62,662 nucleotides of DNA, filler included, from Choristocarpus tenellus KU-1152 (GCA_964200185.2; 9 parts of 9 records of this genome joined end to end with filler, not necessarily neighbours in it), one strand, 5' to 3'. Shown: positions 14,301-27,691, counted from the whole stretch's first letter. A program made the numbers and translations. The notes: generated by a model not told the origin, from the letters alone.

Positions 14301-16831
14301 AGGGGTAAAGGTAGATGAGGACTTGGGGTCAACATCATGTAATATTTTGATCCGATGGCGAGGGTATTGTGAGGTATACACTACTCCTTGGACGTCTGGC
14401 ATCTCTGAAAAGACCAAAGCAGGAGCCGTAGCCTGTCATGCAAAAGTCGCCAAAGTCGCCAAACACACATGACAGCCCCCACAGACCTTTGGGTTATGAT
14501 GTGCTTCGGTCAAACTAGGATACCCTCCATTGTTCTGATGTTGACATCTGTGCGTATCTTTGATGGGTGCACAGGATTCAGGTGTGTTTTTTCTGACGAT
14601 AACTGTGAGTGGATATATGTGTGTATATTCGCCCCTCCTTGGACTACTCATATTTTTAATCCTTAAGGCGGAGCTGATACCCCTTTAGGAATTTCTTTTT
14701 TGGGGACTCTTGGCTGTTGGGCCTCTTTTTTTCGCTCGTAGATTTCTCATTTCTTTCATAAGTATATTTGTTGTACAATCAAGGAATTGTTTATCTTCCA
14801 CTTCTCGCTTCTCCTTTCTTGCTGAACCTTTCTGCGAAGTTGCATTCTGTATCACTGTTTTTTGCCATGCGCCTATTTTCTGGTCTCTTTCTGCAATCCT
14901 GCCTTCCTTCTCACAACGAGTTCGAGCGTGTTTTTCGCCATGATCTACCAAATGTTTGAGGGTCATTGCAACATCCATCGAACTAATCTGCGATAAACAA
15001 TCTAGCAATCGACCCATCAACCAATCAAGCAATCAGTCACAGTACCAAAATGGACGGTGTGTAGGGGTTGGAACCTTGTCGTGAAGTGTTTGTTTTGGGT
15101 CTAAGATTTATGGTGTTGACTATTGTTGCATTGATGGATATGGACCAGATGTGACACAAACATTTCTCCTCTGTTACCAGTCGGACCCTGGTGATACTGA
15201 CTACTTTGATGACTTTCTGTCCGAGTTTCTGGATCACGGTGAGTATTATTATGTGGGTTTTTTGTTTTGGTACCCGACATAACTACATCGGGTTTCTCTT
15301 TCTTTTTTCTTCCTTGCATTTTGTCTCTTGTTTTCTTCAAATATTTTATCCAGAATAATTTTTTATAATTAATCGTAAGTATTGTGGTAGTGTTTCTCCT
15401 TTGGGTGAGTACTTATTGTCGTAAGTCTTTAACCTTTTCGAGTAATAATGTCAATAACAGGGTTAACCACTAACTATATTTTTCTTTTTTTATTCGTTTA
15501 AGGTATTTCCGACGAGAGAATGGGTCAAAGTGGAAGGTGGACAATCATCTATCGCTTCTATTCATAAGTCCTAATGCGAAAGGATTGAAAACCTTCAACA
15601 TTATTCTGTTGTCGCTGCAATCCTGGCTGCATTCATGTGTGGTAAGGCTGAAGGAAGTTCTGAAGTCATCAGTAGAGATCTACTGCGAAGAAATCTTAAT
15701 CCGAGGTGCACTCAGTTTTTCTTTGTGCTTGGCGATGGTGAGAACAAGCGACCTTTCAAGTGTGACTCACATCCCATGTATTTATAGAGCTTCTCCTCAA
15801 ATGCATTAGCAGATAGTCCACAACAGAATGGACAGAAGCCATCCCTCCCTTCTTTGCCATTTTTGAATTTATTCAGTATTGCTAGAGAAATTTGGAGGCT
15901 CCCTCAGATGTCTGCACACATATAACTGTACCGAGGAGATCAATCCCTTTCTGTGTTTGGATCGTCGTAGGCCACCCTTGTGATCTGGTCTGGTAGACTT
16001 GAGCCGGAGTAAACGGGAGGTACCCAGGGTTGCATTTCCAGGATGCTGACAGTTATGTGCATTTTTTTCTTTTTGTACGAGTGCGTATAGGGACGTTTCA
16101 TAGTTTGTGGAAACTTTTCAAACATAAGAGAAGTCTACACTCTCAAGTCAATCTTAGGATTTCATTAATAGAACAAAGGGTGAATTGCAAAAGATGACAA
16201 ATATGACTTCAAGTGCAAAACGGCCAATACCGGGGCACCTCTCGTTTACTTGGCTGATTTACGGTTAGTAAGATAGCATGCACTGCATATGATCCCCTCA
16301 TGTCTGTGTGTCATCCTCACCCAACGGGAGAATTGTGCAACACATCATAATTGTGGCCAATACAGTGGTAGCAAATGCGCCTGTGAAGGGAAAAGGCAAT
16401 GACAAAAAGAGAGGTGACAGTACAACATATGTATGAAATCTATAAACAACACAAAACATTTAAAACCGAGATCGAACGATTGAAGACGAGAGTGGGATAT
16501 TTAGTTGTTCAAATTCGAAAGGCTTTTGTTTATCTGAGCTCGAACAAAACCATCATTTATTGTTGGTAATAGAGTTGATTGTTGCTAGTAAGGAGCCTGG
16601 CCAAGCGAAGCTAAATCTGGCATAGTGTCCTATGTGTGTAATCCCTTATGTTGCAGTCTTGAAGACCTTGGAGAGAAAAATGCTTATCTGCTAATATTAT
16701 TGTAAAGTTTAGGCGGAGTGTGGCGTGCTATCTTCCTCTTCCTAGACATGGTAGGTGCTTTCACTTGCTTGACGTAATACTACTACAATGACAGCATCTA
16801 CGTGCAAAATGTTAGGGGGCACAATATTATG

Positions 16832-18520
16832 CTACCTCCGTGCCATAAGTCTGTGCCGCGTTGTCCATAACTTTGGGAGATGTTGATGAAATTCATTTCT
16901 GAAAGGAGATTTGGGATCCTTGACGAAGTTCTGTTTAGGGTCAGCTCTTATTATTATTAATAGATTTACTCCCCATCCGTCCCAATTTTATCAACCGCAG
17001 AAAAAGCCTCCATGTCTACCTTTAGCGTGTTTTCAAGCTCACCAGACAACTACTCTTCCTTACCCCTGTGTGCTGCTCCACACTGAAGTCATTCCCCCCT
17101 TTGTATCTAAGTACTTGATTGCAAACCATGAAAGGAGCTGCCAAGCCCTCTCAAGTTTGGTTTCGTCATACTACTTGTACTGTTTCTTGATGAGCTTCAC
17201 CATCTCCTCGATGGACCCAAACTTCTCCCCCATCACCCGACATTTCAAAGACCTGAAAAAGCACAGGTCCGTTATATCGAGGTCGGGGGAGTTAGATGGC
17301 TGCGCCACAAGCCTAATCGACCACCCCTCAGTCTTCCCTGCCCCTGACAAGATTTCTGAGTTGTCCTTGCCCGTGTGGGAGGTGGTACCGCCTTGCTGAA
17401 CGACAACATGCTTACCCTGCAACCAAGGTATCTTGGTCTTGATTGCAGGCAGAACTCCTCCATGTACCACTTCCTGTACCACAAATGGTCTAAAGTACAG
17501 TCCTGCTCATATGAATCCCCCATTTTATGGTTCTTGCTTATCCTGTCTGCCGTTTTTGGCGCACACACACGCCAAACACCAAACTTTCCATCAAAGCTGT
17601 GAGCCGAATCTGGGCGGGCGTTGGCTGCAATGGTCATGGTTTGGGGATATGGCTCTTGTGCTGCAAAATAGGGGACCCTGGAAGGTCGCTATCTTCCTCA
17701 TGCGGAAATACCCTAACCATTTCCCCATCAGCCATCACGTAAAACCAGGTTTCAGTCACATGGATCGTGTTCACCATGAAGGCGTACACATCAAGTTTCT
17801 GGTCCACTTGATTGCAAATAAATTCCATTCTCCATACCTTTTGCCCCGACTTAAGCTTGGGTTTGATCCAGTGGCGATTCGGCATGGCCCCCATATCATC
17901 CAACCACCTGTTTATGTTACGCGTGTTATAATTCAGCCCCTTGGTGGCCATCTTAATCATCACCTGATGCCCTGTGGATGTCCGATTACCCGAGTTGATA
18001 CTATGTATTGCGACTATATCTTGGTCGGTATGAGCTCCAAAGGTCACCCACTACGTGCCGCCACCCCTAGGTCAAGCGTGTGGCCACGGGCGAGCTGATG
18101 GGCGACGTCCTCCCAGAGACCTTGCATGTAACACTTGGGCACTCCAAACTCTGCTGTGAGGGCTGGCCCAACGTGTCGCGGCAGTTTATGCTCACCAGGG
18201 ACTATCGTGACGGCGTAAAGCACTGCAAGCGCAACCCTGGTATTCAGGGACACTTCGGTATCCTTACTACGCGGGAGGGTCGACGGGGGGGTTGCCATGC
18301 TGATGTTCTGACCCTCAACGAGCCCAGTTCTGTCCTAAGAAACACCCCAAAAGACCCCTACTTTGGCGGCTTGAAGCACCTCGAGTTGATACCTGATGAT
18401 CCTCGACCTGAACCTTTTTTTGAAAGCTGAGATTATCAACCCGATTTTATTCTGTGGGGTTGTCGTCCGATTCAGCACCATTCTCGTTCAGCGACCCCAG
18501 ATGTTTCGTGGGGGACAAAC
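16832..18520 (-). mobile_element. Decayed Tc1/mariner DNA transposon of the DD39D-like (plant/oomycete mariner) type
   Basis: Left end CTACCTCCGT resembles the CTCCCTCCGT TIR of this group. The right end is not clearly defined. Confidence 0.75.
17040..18298 (-). pseudogene. Mariner DD39D-like transposase pseudogene
   Basis: Frameshifted pieces give IHVTETWFY (HVDEKWFY), KSHIPK, ARP..FDGKFGVW, VLPAIK, VQQGGTTSH (QQDNARPH) and QPSNSPDLDITDLCFF. The first two catalytic Asp are mutated and stops are present. Confidence 0.9.
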
Positions 18521-18624
18521 TTGTTGCATAGATAGTATTGAACATACTCAAACAAAAATACTGGTATGGAATTATGTGATGATAATCATGATGATGAGAT
18601 CAACAATTTTTTACACGGATAAAA

Positions 18625-19875
18625 CTAAGTAGTAGTCAAAACCATCATGTCATCCGTAGGAAATGCAACACCATCCCTGTGTCGGAGGCACATGTATACT
18701 CCCTCATCCAGGTCAGATTGAACAAAGGCCTGCTCTACATCTAGGTGCCACATCCTCAGGTCCAACTCACAGGCCATACTGGACATTGGCCTAACCGATG
18801 ATGCGGAAGGTATGGGGGCAGAGGTTTCAAAGTAACCAACACCATACCCCTGCACAAAATCTTGAGCAACTAGCCTAGCCTTAGACCCACCGAATATCCC
18901 AAAACAGTCACCCTTCCATTCAAACACCCACTTGGAACCAATAGCCTTGCAACCTGAGGGTACATCTGCAACACTGAAGGTACCTGTGTCCAATAAACCA
19001 ACCAACTCCTTAGACATAGCCTGTTCCCATACACTGGCCACTATTCAGACTTTCAAGCCTCAGCATAAGACGGTGTGGGGCTGATCCCAACTCAGAAACA
19101 GGACAACCATGAAGGGGGGTACTCATCAACACAGACTTGGGCGTGGGCTGTACAGCCAGGACATAAGCAACACGTTTTTCTCTACACTAGCAATGAGAGA
19201 CATTGCATCACCAACCACCTGCACTCCCGTCAACTCTTGCAAGCATTTCCTGTCTACCCAACTCAACATAAGGTTCGCGGACTGGATTGGGAAGAAAGCC
19301 TTCCAGCTGGCAAGCTACAGTACAGGCAGCCATTGGGTCAGCACCTGCCTGAGGCAAGTGCTGTGTACTCAAGGATAAGACATATCCTACACTCCCTTCA
19401 CCGTCTCGAGTAGTGTCTCTGGACAGAATCATGTCAACCTGACCTCCCTCTCCATCACCTGGGAGGAAGGGTCAACAGTCAGATCCTTCACAATCTGACC
19501 TACACTCCCTTTACCAAGGGGAGGATCATTAGTCAAACCGTCTCCATTGTTGCCAAAGGATGGCCTCTCACTTAGTACCAACCTGTTCTCACTTCCGTCG
19601 TCACAGGAAGAGTAATTAGGGATGAAGTGGAGGAGTGAGAGGAACAAATGAAGTGTACATCTAACGGTGGGCCACCTACTTCGGGATTGGAAAAAATTTT
19701 CTCAGAAGGAGGGTCTGCATCAAGCCCACCCCCACCTCTCGCAAACCCAGGGGCAACCTCTCCTACTGGGGCAAGACTGGGGTCAATAGTGGACAGTCAG
19801 CTAAGGTTACGCACAATAGAAATGGCACCAGTCGGAGTAAGAGTTATGATACGCATCATGGGGGTGGTTGATCCT
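18625..19875 (-). mobile_element. Ty1/Copia retrotransposon remnant (integrase-RT spacer and RT N-terminus); continues at 22382-22643
   Basis: ORF 18625-19041: WEQAMSKEL..GTF..KAIGSKWVF..KARLVAQ..YFETSAP..HLDVEQAFVQSDLDEGVYM, classic Copia RT motifs. Confidence 0.9.
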
Positions 19876-20191
19876 TGCGCAATTTACCTCGGGAGGTAAT
19901 GCTATGTATCATTAGTGAAGACAAGAAGGTGTGAAGCCCCACACGGTTCCCCAATACTGAATGTGATTACATGGTTGAAATTAGAAGAGTGACCTTTGTG
20001 GGGTGTCTTCTCATTGCTTGTTTTATTATTATTTGTGTCTCACTCGTAAGTCAACGGTTATGTCAAAGTAGTTGAATGCAGAATAAAAACTCATACATAT
20101 TCCCATTCATAATTCGGATGTACTATCTCATTAGTTACACATCTCATACACAAAATAAGGTACACCTCACACTATTGTCTCATCTTGCACA
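19876..20191 (-). repeat. 3' LTR of the nested Copia
   Basis: 316-bp direct repeat of 22070-22381 with TG..CA ends and adjacent PPT. Confidence 0.9.
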
Positions 20192-22069
20192 CTCCCCCAT
20201 GAGACAGCAGGCAATGAAGGGTTGCTGGAACTCTCAAACCTAAACATCTTATTCTGCACACTCCCCCATTGGAGTGGAAGTAAAAGAAGTTAGATTGATC
20301 CAACTCTCACACTCATCACATTTATCCTGTCAACGCAGAAAAGAACACTGGTTGCTTGAATTCTAACATACGTCATTCATCTAATTAACACAGTGTCTAC
20401 AAAGTCTTGTACCTGCTTCTTTAGATGTACTAACACAGTGATGTACAATCGTGTCCCATGATGATCCCTTGCTAAGTGTATGGGTAAAAAATTGAACCAG
20501 CCCCCTTCTGCTGTTTCTCTTGTTAGACGTAGCACTCACTCCCCCAGGCTTGAAGCCTATCATAATTGAATGGTTTTTACATCCTCTCGTTGAGTGAAGT
20601 CCTGTGCCATCAATCTGGCTTTGAACTGTTCAATGATCCCCTCAGCTGTTGGCTTTATCTCAAATTCAGACTTAGTCTTGAAAGGATTTCTTCCCCATGT
20701 CAAAACCTCTCAATCTATTAATGTTCCTTTCATCCATTGTTGCTCCATCTTCTCCATTGCCGCTTGCCAATTCTCACGTGTCAGGCCCCGGGAGTGCCTC
20801 TGAGATAGAAGATGGTTCTTGATGGTCTGGAGTAGAAATTATTGACTTCCCAGACTTACAGGTCTTGTGCAGGTAGCCCTTTGCTGACAACCTTCCTCTG
20901 TTTTTCTTTTCTGGCTCCAACCCTCGTCCAGCTAATTCTTTCGCCTGTTTAGACGGCGTCACTCTCCTCTGGCGACAAACAATCTGAAGGTGTCCCTTAC
21001 CTCCACAGTTGTAGCATATTCCTTTGAAAGAAAAAGGACCAATATGCTTGATCAGTTCACAGTTTAAACATCTTCTATTGGTCCTGATTCGTCTCTGGTA
21101 GGGGATCCTGTCGTACCATGGTCTGTATGTTGACCAGTTGTACCACGGCCGCCTGCTCCGCTGACCTGTGTTCTCTTCCATGAGTTTATGGTCCAAGCGG
21201 CTAGAGTACTCCCAGGCTCCCCGCGGTTAGCTCCTCCTTTCCCTTCTGGTGGAGGCTTAGTTACTGCTCCTGCTAATGTCCTGCTCCCCTAGTGGCAGGT
21301 ACAGCAATTGCTTTTCTCATTCTGTAAGCAAGAATCTTGGGGTCTCCAATCGATGGGTATGCCCCCTCAGGGACAAGTGTTGTGACGACTGCTCCAGGTC
21401 CATAAGCAGATTATTGTGGCTCAGGCTCAGGCTCAGGCTCAGGGTTGCAGCTCCGGCTGCATTGCCTTGATTATCTCTGTCATCTCGTCACAGGGTCCCA
21501 GTGCTCAATATTCGGCATGGCATACCAGGTGCCCAAAGTATCCCCCTTGACCTCCAGTTCTTGCTTGTTATCGATCATACCATATCCCATGTTTCCTTAG
21601 CCTTCAGCTTGTGGTTTAGATTTTGGCTCCTTGAGCTCCTTGAATTCCGCGAGTAGTCGCTCTATAGCTTAACAACGAAATCGGTGCTGTCCTGAGACGG
21701 CGCGCACCGTAGTTCTTGGAGTTTGCCTCCAAAGTGATGACCTGCACAGGAATCTCGTCCTCTGCGCGTCCTCCTCCGTAGAGCTGGACGGGGATCTCAT
21801 CCTCCGCGCATCCTTCTTTAATTCCTCTTTTGTAGTTCCAGTGTGATGTTCGCTCCTGTTCCGTTAGTGTTTCCGTGAGTTCAGGACGACGTATTATTGC
21901 TGCAGAATGTCTTACAGACCCTTTCGCTGGCATAAACCATCACAGATAATCTCCATGTTGTCCAAGTCTCCACTGGTCATGCTGGTGCTCCAGTCCAGTT
22001 TGGCAACTTCTTCATGTCGTTGAGGTCCATCACCTGCTCCTTTTCTCCATACTACTAAGGCTCATAAGA

Positions 22070-22381
22070 TGTGCAATTTACCTCGGGAGGTAATGCTATG
22101 TATCAGTAGTGAAGACAAGAAGGTGTGAAGCCCCACACGGTTCCCCAACACTAGCGTGATTACATGGTTGAAATTAGAAGAGTGACCTTTGTGGGGTGTC
22201 TTCTCATTGCTTGTTTTATTATTATTTGTGTCTCACTCGTAAATCAACGGTTATGTCAAAGTAGTTGAATGCAGAATAAAACTCATACATATTCCCATTC
22301 ATAATCCGGATGTACTATCTCATTAGTTACACATCTCATACACAAAATAAGGTACACCTCACTATTGTCCCATTTTGCACA
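22070..22381 (-). repeat. 5' LTR of the nested Copia
   Basis: 312-bp direct repeat of 19876-20191 with adjacent PBS-like motif. Confidence 0.9.
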
Positions 22382-22743
22382 ATCCCCGACCCAGGTAAAA
22401 ACATCGTTGTGTGAAACAGATGGGAACAAGCCGACAGATTCTTCGTAATGAAGGGGAGCGGGAAGACTCACAGGAGGCAAGGCAAGATCAAAGAGACAAG
22501 TCAAAGAGGGAGAGCAATCCCTCAGAAGATCACTCTGGAAAAGAGTGTTAAAGTGGTAACTGGAAGAGGGGGGGGTTGGTAAGGTCACTCCAATTCACCC
22601 AATCTTACTTCAAGCAGATGTTACCTTGAACATGCAAAAACAANNNNNNNNNNNNNNNNNNNNNNNNNNNNNNNNNNNNNNNNNNNNTTAATTAATTAAN
22701 NNNNNNNNNNNNNNNNNNNNNNNNNNNNNNNNNNNNNNNNNNN

Positions 22744-23910
22744 CCTGTGTGTTAGCACAATCACTCTTTGATCTCGGGAAGGATGTCCTCGTCGAGGCCC
22801 AGAACAAAAAGCCTCTCGTAGCGCCCTTGCTCCGACACCTTGATGTGACCCTTAGTTAAGAAGTCTCTTTCCCATTTCCTCACAGTTTCCGACCTGACCA
22901 TCGCGTATCCTGCTGCCATCTCGAGCGCCGTTTGACAGTCTTTCCTGTCGTTCATACACAGGTACAGGATTCGCAGTGTTAGAGTCCTTACTATCACATT
23001 TCCCCGTTGAACACCGGAAATGGGCGTCGTCTGTGCTTCCTGGGGGATGATATTTTATCATCAAGGCGCAAGGGCGAGGGAGGACAGGCTTGAGTTGATC
23101 GGAAATTGTGTTGATTTCTCGAATGAGTGCAGACTCGGAGAAAGGCTTAACTTTTATAAGTCCAACCCTAAGTCCAGGAACAAGAGTAAATGTACAGTAT
23201 CTTACAAGAAGTGGGAGACACCAAATAATCGGTGTGCAAATAGTCTCAATCTCACCTCCTCTTCTTCCGTGGCATCCACGTCGATGGCTACCTCCACCTG
23301 CTTTGCGACCTCTTCTAAGTAAAAGAATTTGGTGGTATCGAAAGGTCTCCATGGCTACCTTTGTTATGATCGATTTCGCCTCCGCCTTGAGAGCCCTTTT
23401 GACCTTCTTTCGGGCTTCAGAGCCCTTGTACCCTAACCTTAACACCTTCTTTATTGTTTCCTTAAGCCACTCCGAATAGCACAGCTTCCAAACAGCCAGG
23501 GCCTGCTACAACTGTCGACTACTAAGATATTATACAACCAGGTTTTCGCTTAGACGTTTCCTGAGCGCAATGGCACGCAGTCGCACTGCTCTCTTCCCCA
23601 ACCTTGCCTTCGGGCGGCCACTATGTTTCCTTCGCCCGCCGTGACCAGGCTTCGCCACAGACTTCGTCACTGTACCACACCTGGTGATGGACTCACTGCT
23701 CTCTTCCTGCTTTCCCGAGGTGGCAGAGACTGCAAAGCAGTGCTCCGACGTTGTTGAAGACCCAACCACCTTTGTGTGGTAATGCTTTCAAGGCATCTTC
23801 TCTCAGTGTCAGTGTCGCGGCCCTGTGACCCATTTCGCAATTCGATCATGCTGCTGCGCCACACTACTCGCACTTTCTCGTCACCTAACATCGCACTGAG
23901 TGTCACACGG
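22744..23910 (-). pseudogene. Probable DNA transposase N-terminal region (IS630/Tc1-like, HTH-containing), disrupted and cut by linker
   Basis: Frameshifted ORFs with AT-hook-like HGGRRKHSGRPK and ALEMAAGYAMVRSETVRKWERDFLTKGHIKVSEQGRYER..DEDILPEIKE, which resembles the pre-catalytic region of eukaryotic IS630/Tc1-like transposases (recall). No DDE domain in the window. Confidence 0.5.
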
Positions 23911-24294
23911 TACTTGCTTTTCCGTCGCCTCTCGACAGAGAAGGTGCCAAGGGTAGATCCAGGGGGCAGAGTGGCCTCGGTGGCTCTCCTTGTCTAACCG
24001 TCGTGGTTTATGTTGCTTTGTAAGTCACACGTGTGTGTGGTCATAGAAAGTCTGTAAAAGGCGTTAAAAAGATGTCGGGAAATCTTGAAATATTTTTCGG
24101 TATCGTCACAATGGGTAAACTTGTGCAGTGATCTACCCCGCAGCAGTGTTTTGCAAGGAGTTCAGCCAACTACTTCATTTTTGTTCGTTTTGAAGTCGTG
24201 ACCTTCAAATTGCACCGGAGATATTTCCCCGCGTTTTTTCCATTACTTGATCGGGACATAGCTCCCATTCTCCAAAGCCTGGACATTCGTGGAT

Positions 24295-24461
24295 GGCTCG
24301 AAGTATCTGGGGGGGGGGTGGCGGTGTCCATTTAAGGCTATTTTTTTCATGTTGTGATTTTTGTGTTATTTGGTTGCATATGTCAGATGGATAATATAAG
24401 TGCACTCTTCCTGGTAATGGTCCAAATGGATACCCTGGTGTAGACCCCAGATAATTTGGGT
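24295..24461 (-). mobile_element. MITE family A copy
   Basis: GGCTCGAAGTATCTGGGG ... CCCCAGATAATTTGGG; reverse-orientation match to 10877-11063. Confidence 0.85.
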
Positions 24462-25192
24462 GGATACAAACCTTCAAGAGCTCTTGTCATACCCTTTCAT
24501 TTGATATATACATTGCCGTGTAACTGTTGTGGCGTTCCCGTGAAAAAAGCAAGATTGCTACAGAGGGCAAAGCTACTGGTACCACCTTATCAACAAACCT
24601 AGATCCTTAGATATTATATGCAGGATGTCACCCTTTATACCTCCGTAACACACACGGGTATAGGATTTTCGACATACTTCCAGACAAGTGAGTAGCAGGC
24701 TTTCTCCACGCAAATATTTGTACGCTCTTGCTTGGCACCAATAGACCGAAAACGAACCAAAAATTATATTTACAATGTGGATTTCCACACCTTGCGAGGC
24801 TATTGAAGAATTATTATCCATACCTACTCGTAAGAGCCAATCCAATCGAGAGGTAGCTGGTTTGGTCCCTTTCGTACTCTAAGTCATAGTCTTAACCTCT
24901 GTGCAATACACGCTATTTCATTGCTTTGTATCTATGATATTGAACGCAAAATTGATATCCCCCTTCTCGATACACAAAGTGACACCACAATTCAGCAAAG
25001 GGTCTTTCTCCAGATGTACAAAATGACATCTTTTAGCCCTTTCTTGGGATCCTTAAAATGCAACCCTGCCTGCCTCTCAATTGGTTTGGCTCATTTTTAT
25101 TTCTTTTCAATTGTCTTCATTTTAGCGTGGGGACTATCCCAACCTGTGCGTCGTCAGATGCACTACTATTTTACGAGTGTTTGTGTTACTGG

Positions 25193-25379
25193 TACTTTTT
25201 ATGACATTTTCCTACGCCAAAATGTTTAGGAGTAGGTAAAGTGTATATGTTATGAAATGTTGGATCCAGAACATGGATATTGACACTTCGTAACAAACAC
25301 GATAGCCAAATTACATCAAAATCGCAACAGTGGATTTTGGCCCCCAAATGGACGCATCTCTACCCTCTAAGATACTTCC
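25193..25379 (-). mobile_element. MITE family B partial copy
   Basis: Ends TACCCTCTAAGATACTT; matches the 27078 copy in reverse. Confidence 0.8.
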
Positions 25380-25393
25380 ACTCGATGTGAAAG

Positions 25394-25937
25394 AGAAGAT
25401 GGAGACCTCCTTCGGCCGAGCCTACAAGGACGGCAAGTGGAAGGTAATGAGGGTGCGCTGGCTTTTTTCCATTTCTTTCCAACTTCTTTTCTATCTTGGT
25501 TTGCTATGGATAGGTGTCGGGCGTGCGGTTGTGGTAGTGATGTTTCCTTGTCCATTTTTACATGTTGCCAACACGGTGCACGCGGTGACCCACACCACAA
25601 ACGGAAATCACGAGACCCCACGACTTTGTGTGTGAGTGTCGGTACATCGTAATGTCTTCCTTCCCCACACAAAAACAAACGTGTTGCGGTACACCTCAAG
25701 ATATTGAACCAACGCCGGAATAACCCCTACATACGTGATGTAACCTTATCGCATGGCAAACACTTGAATGCCACATGGTTGGGCTGTCACAAGTACGCAC
25801 ATGATGTTGCAGGTATCCACGTCTCTCGTTCAAGAACGCGTGATAGGCCCTTCTGCCTGCCGGAAGCCATAGGGCAGACCCTCGTCCAAATTGAGACGCA
25901 GCGATGTTTTGCTGAGGCCGTCAATCCTCAGGGAAAG
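25394..25937 (+). CDS. Possible small exons of an unidentified gene
   Basis: aag|AG AAG ATG...TGG AAG|gtaatg (KMETSFGRAYKDGKWK) can join caag|ATA TTG AAC (ILNQRRNNPYI) at 25701. Downstream structure is unclear. Confidence 0.35.
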
Positions 25938-26645
25938 GCAATGGGACGCGATGAAGCGACCGTTTTCGTTGCGAAGACGGTGGCGACGGACTTCGGCTAC
26001 CAGATCGAGGTGAATCTGGCATAGAATGCACTTCGTAACATATCTGTCAAGAACGAACGGCAGAGTCACGCTCTTGGCACGCAGTAGACACGTTTTTTTT
26101 CTTCCTGAGTCCGAACCTATCTAATGCAGCACCCAAATACGTCGCGTAGAAGACTATGAGCCTTGCGGATAAGTGTTGGATCCGTCGTGTGTTCAACGTT
26201 TGCCACAATAAGGTTGCCGTTTTTGCATCACCTTCGGTCGCGCACCTCCAAATCACGTCCATTCATGAATGATCGAACTCTAGCCCCCCCCCCAACACAG
26301 ATCCGAACCGCACACNNNNNNNNNNNNNNNNNNNNNNNNNNNNNNNNNNNNNNNNNNNNTTAATTAATTAANNNNNNNNNNNNNNNNNNNNNNNNNNNNN
26401 NNNNNNNNNNNNNNNCCCCGCAGATACTTTGACCCATTGGTGAGATGGCTTTGCGCAACGAGTCCAAGGCCACTGAACACATCATTCCTATTTATGAAGT
26501 TGGTGCCAAGGTCCGGCTACACAAACTCCACACTTCGGCAGACGCCCCTAACCCCAAGTTACTCTCCCTATGGAGAGGACCACGTCAACTCCAGTAGTCC
26601 ACCGCATGGAGGCGCAGGCCGCCCGTCGAGAAATCACTGTGCATA

Positions 26646-26976
26646 TGTTACAGATGATATGTCTTGATGGCGGTTTCATAAACACCATTATGACATTGAA
26701 GTTCTAGATTTGATATATTTGTACTAATATTTTTTTTGGCCATTATGGTCCCCGATTGTGGTAAGACATCGTTGATATTAGTTATTTTTTATACGATGAT
26801 AGTGATAATAATCCAAGTGAGAGATCCAGCGTACTTGACGACTTGTGCATCAGGAGTCATATACGTGCATCAGTATCATCTATAGGCCCGTAGATTGGAG
26901 CTATACATCCTGTAGAGGTAAGCTTCTGGGGCGCGCTATAACATGGAGGTCTTACCGAGACATCCACGCTGTAACA
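26646..26976 (+). mobile_element. Solo LTR (331 bp)
   Basis: Inverted termini TGTTACAG...CTGTAACA with a perfect 4-bp TSD CATA/CATA. A second copy lies inverted at 29525-29721. Confidence 0.9.
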
Positions 26977-27077
26977 CATATAGGACGACTTAAACCACAC
27001 AAATTAGGTCATCCTCCTGAACCAGACATTGACTCTCTTTATTCTATTTTATGACAGAATAATACTGAACCAGATAT

Positions 27078-27334
27078 GAGCCAAGGTACCTTAGAGGGTA
27101 GAGACGCGTCCATTAGGGGTCAAAATCCAATGTTGCGATTTTGATGTAATTTGGCTAACATGCTTATTAGGAAGTGTCAATATCCATGTTTCGGACACAC
27201 CTTTTCATAACGTACACATTTTATCTACCCCTAAACATTTTGGAGTAGTAGGAAAAGTGTAATAAAAAAACCCATGGGAAGTCAACCCCCAAATGGACAA
27301 ACAGGGCAAAACTCGTACCCTCTGAGATACTCTC
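27078..27334 (+). mobile_element. MITE family B copy inserted in the Gypsy integrase
   Basis: TIRs GTACCTTAGAGGGTA ... TACCCTCTGAGATAC. Confidence 0.85.
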
Positions 27335-27691
27335 ACACATGTAGAACAAGGTTCGAGCGTTCAACCAACTTTAGGGTCATGCTTTGTTGAGGGTATTGCA
27401 GACCATAAACCTGGAGTGGGTCGTAAATCCCCATATAACTATTCATACCGGCTTAGATTTAGAAGTTTTGCTCCAGCTAGTGATGTCTGGCGGAAAGCAA
27501 AAGAAATTCCTCAGTGTGCAGAGATGATTGAAGCATACAGATCATGACACAATCTGGATGTTTCTCCTGACCAACGTGTACTGACGCTAAAGTCTTCAAA
27601 AGCTCCCTGTGAACAAGGTGTACCTACTCCAGAGTCCTCTCAATCTTCTCCACCACCATCTGCCACAACAGCCGAAGAACCATCAAACTCT

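Larger units (their letters stand above)
19876..22381 (-). mobile_element. Nested, internally deleted Copia LTR retrotransposon (2.5 kb) with both LTRs
   Basis: Near-identical LTRs 19876-20191 and 22070-22381 (TGYGCA...TGCACA), TSD ATCCT/ATCCC, PBS-like TCTTATGAGCC after the 5' LTR and PPT ATGGGGGAG before the 3' LTR. Gag zinc knuckle CYNCGGKGHLQIVC near 20975-21016 and RT fragment FKARLMAQDFTQ near 20590-20625. Confidence 0.9.

Noticed and set aside
14685-15340. Lys-rich minus-strand ORFs
   Set aside because: No recognisable domain or consistent splice structure; possibly decayed TE, but not supportable.
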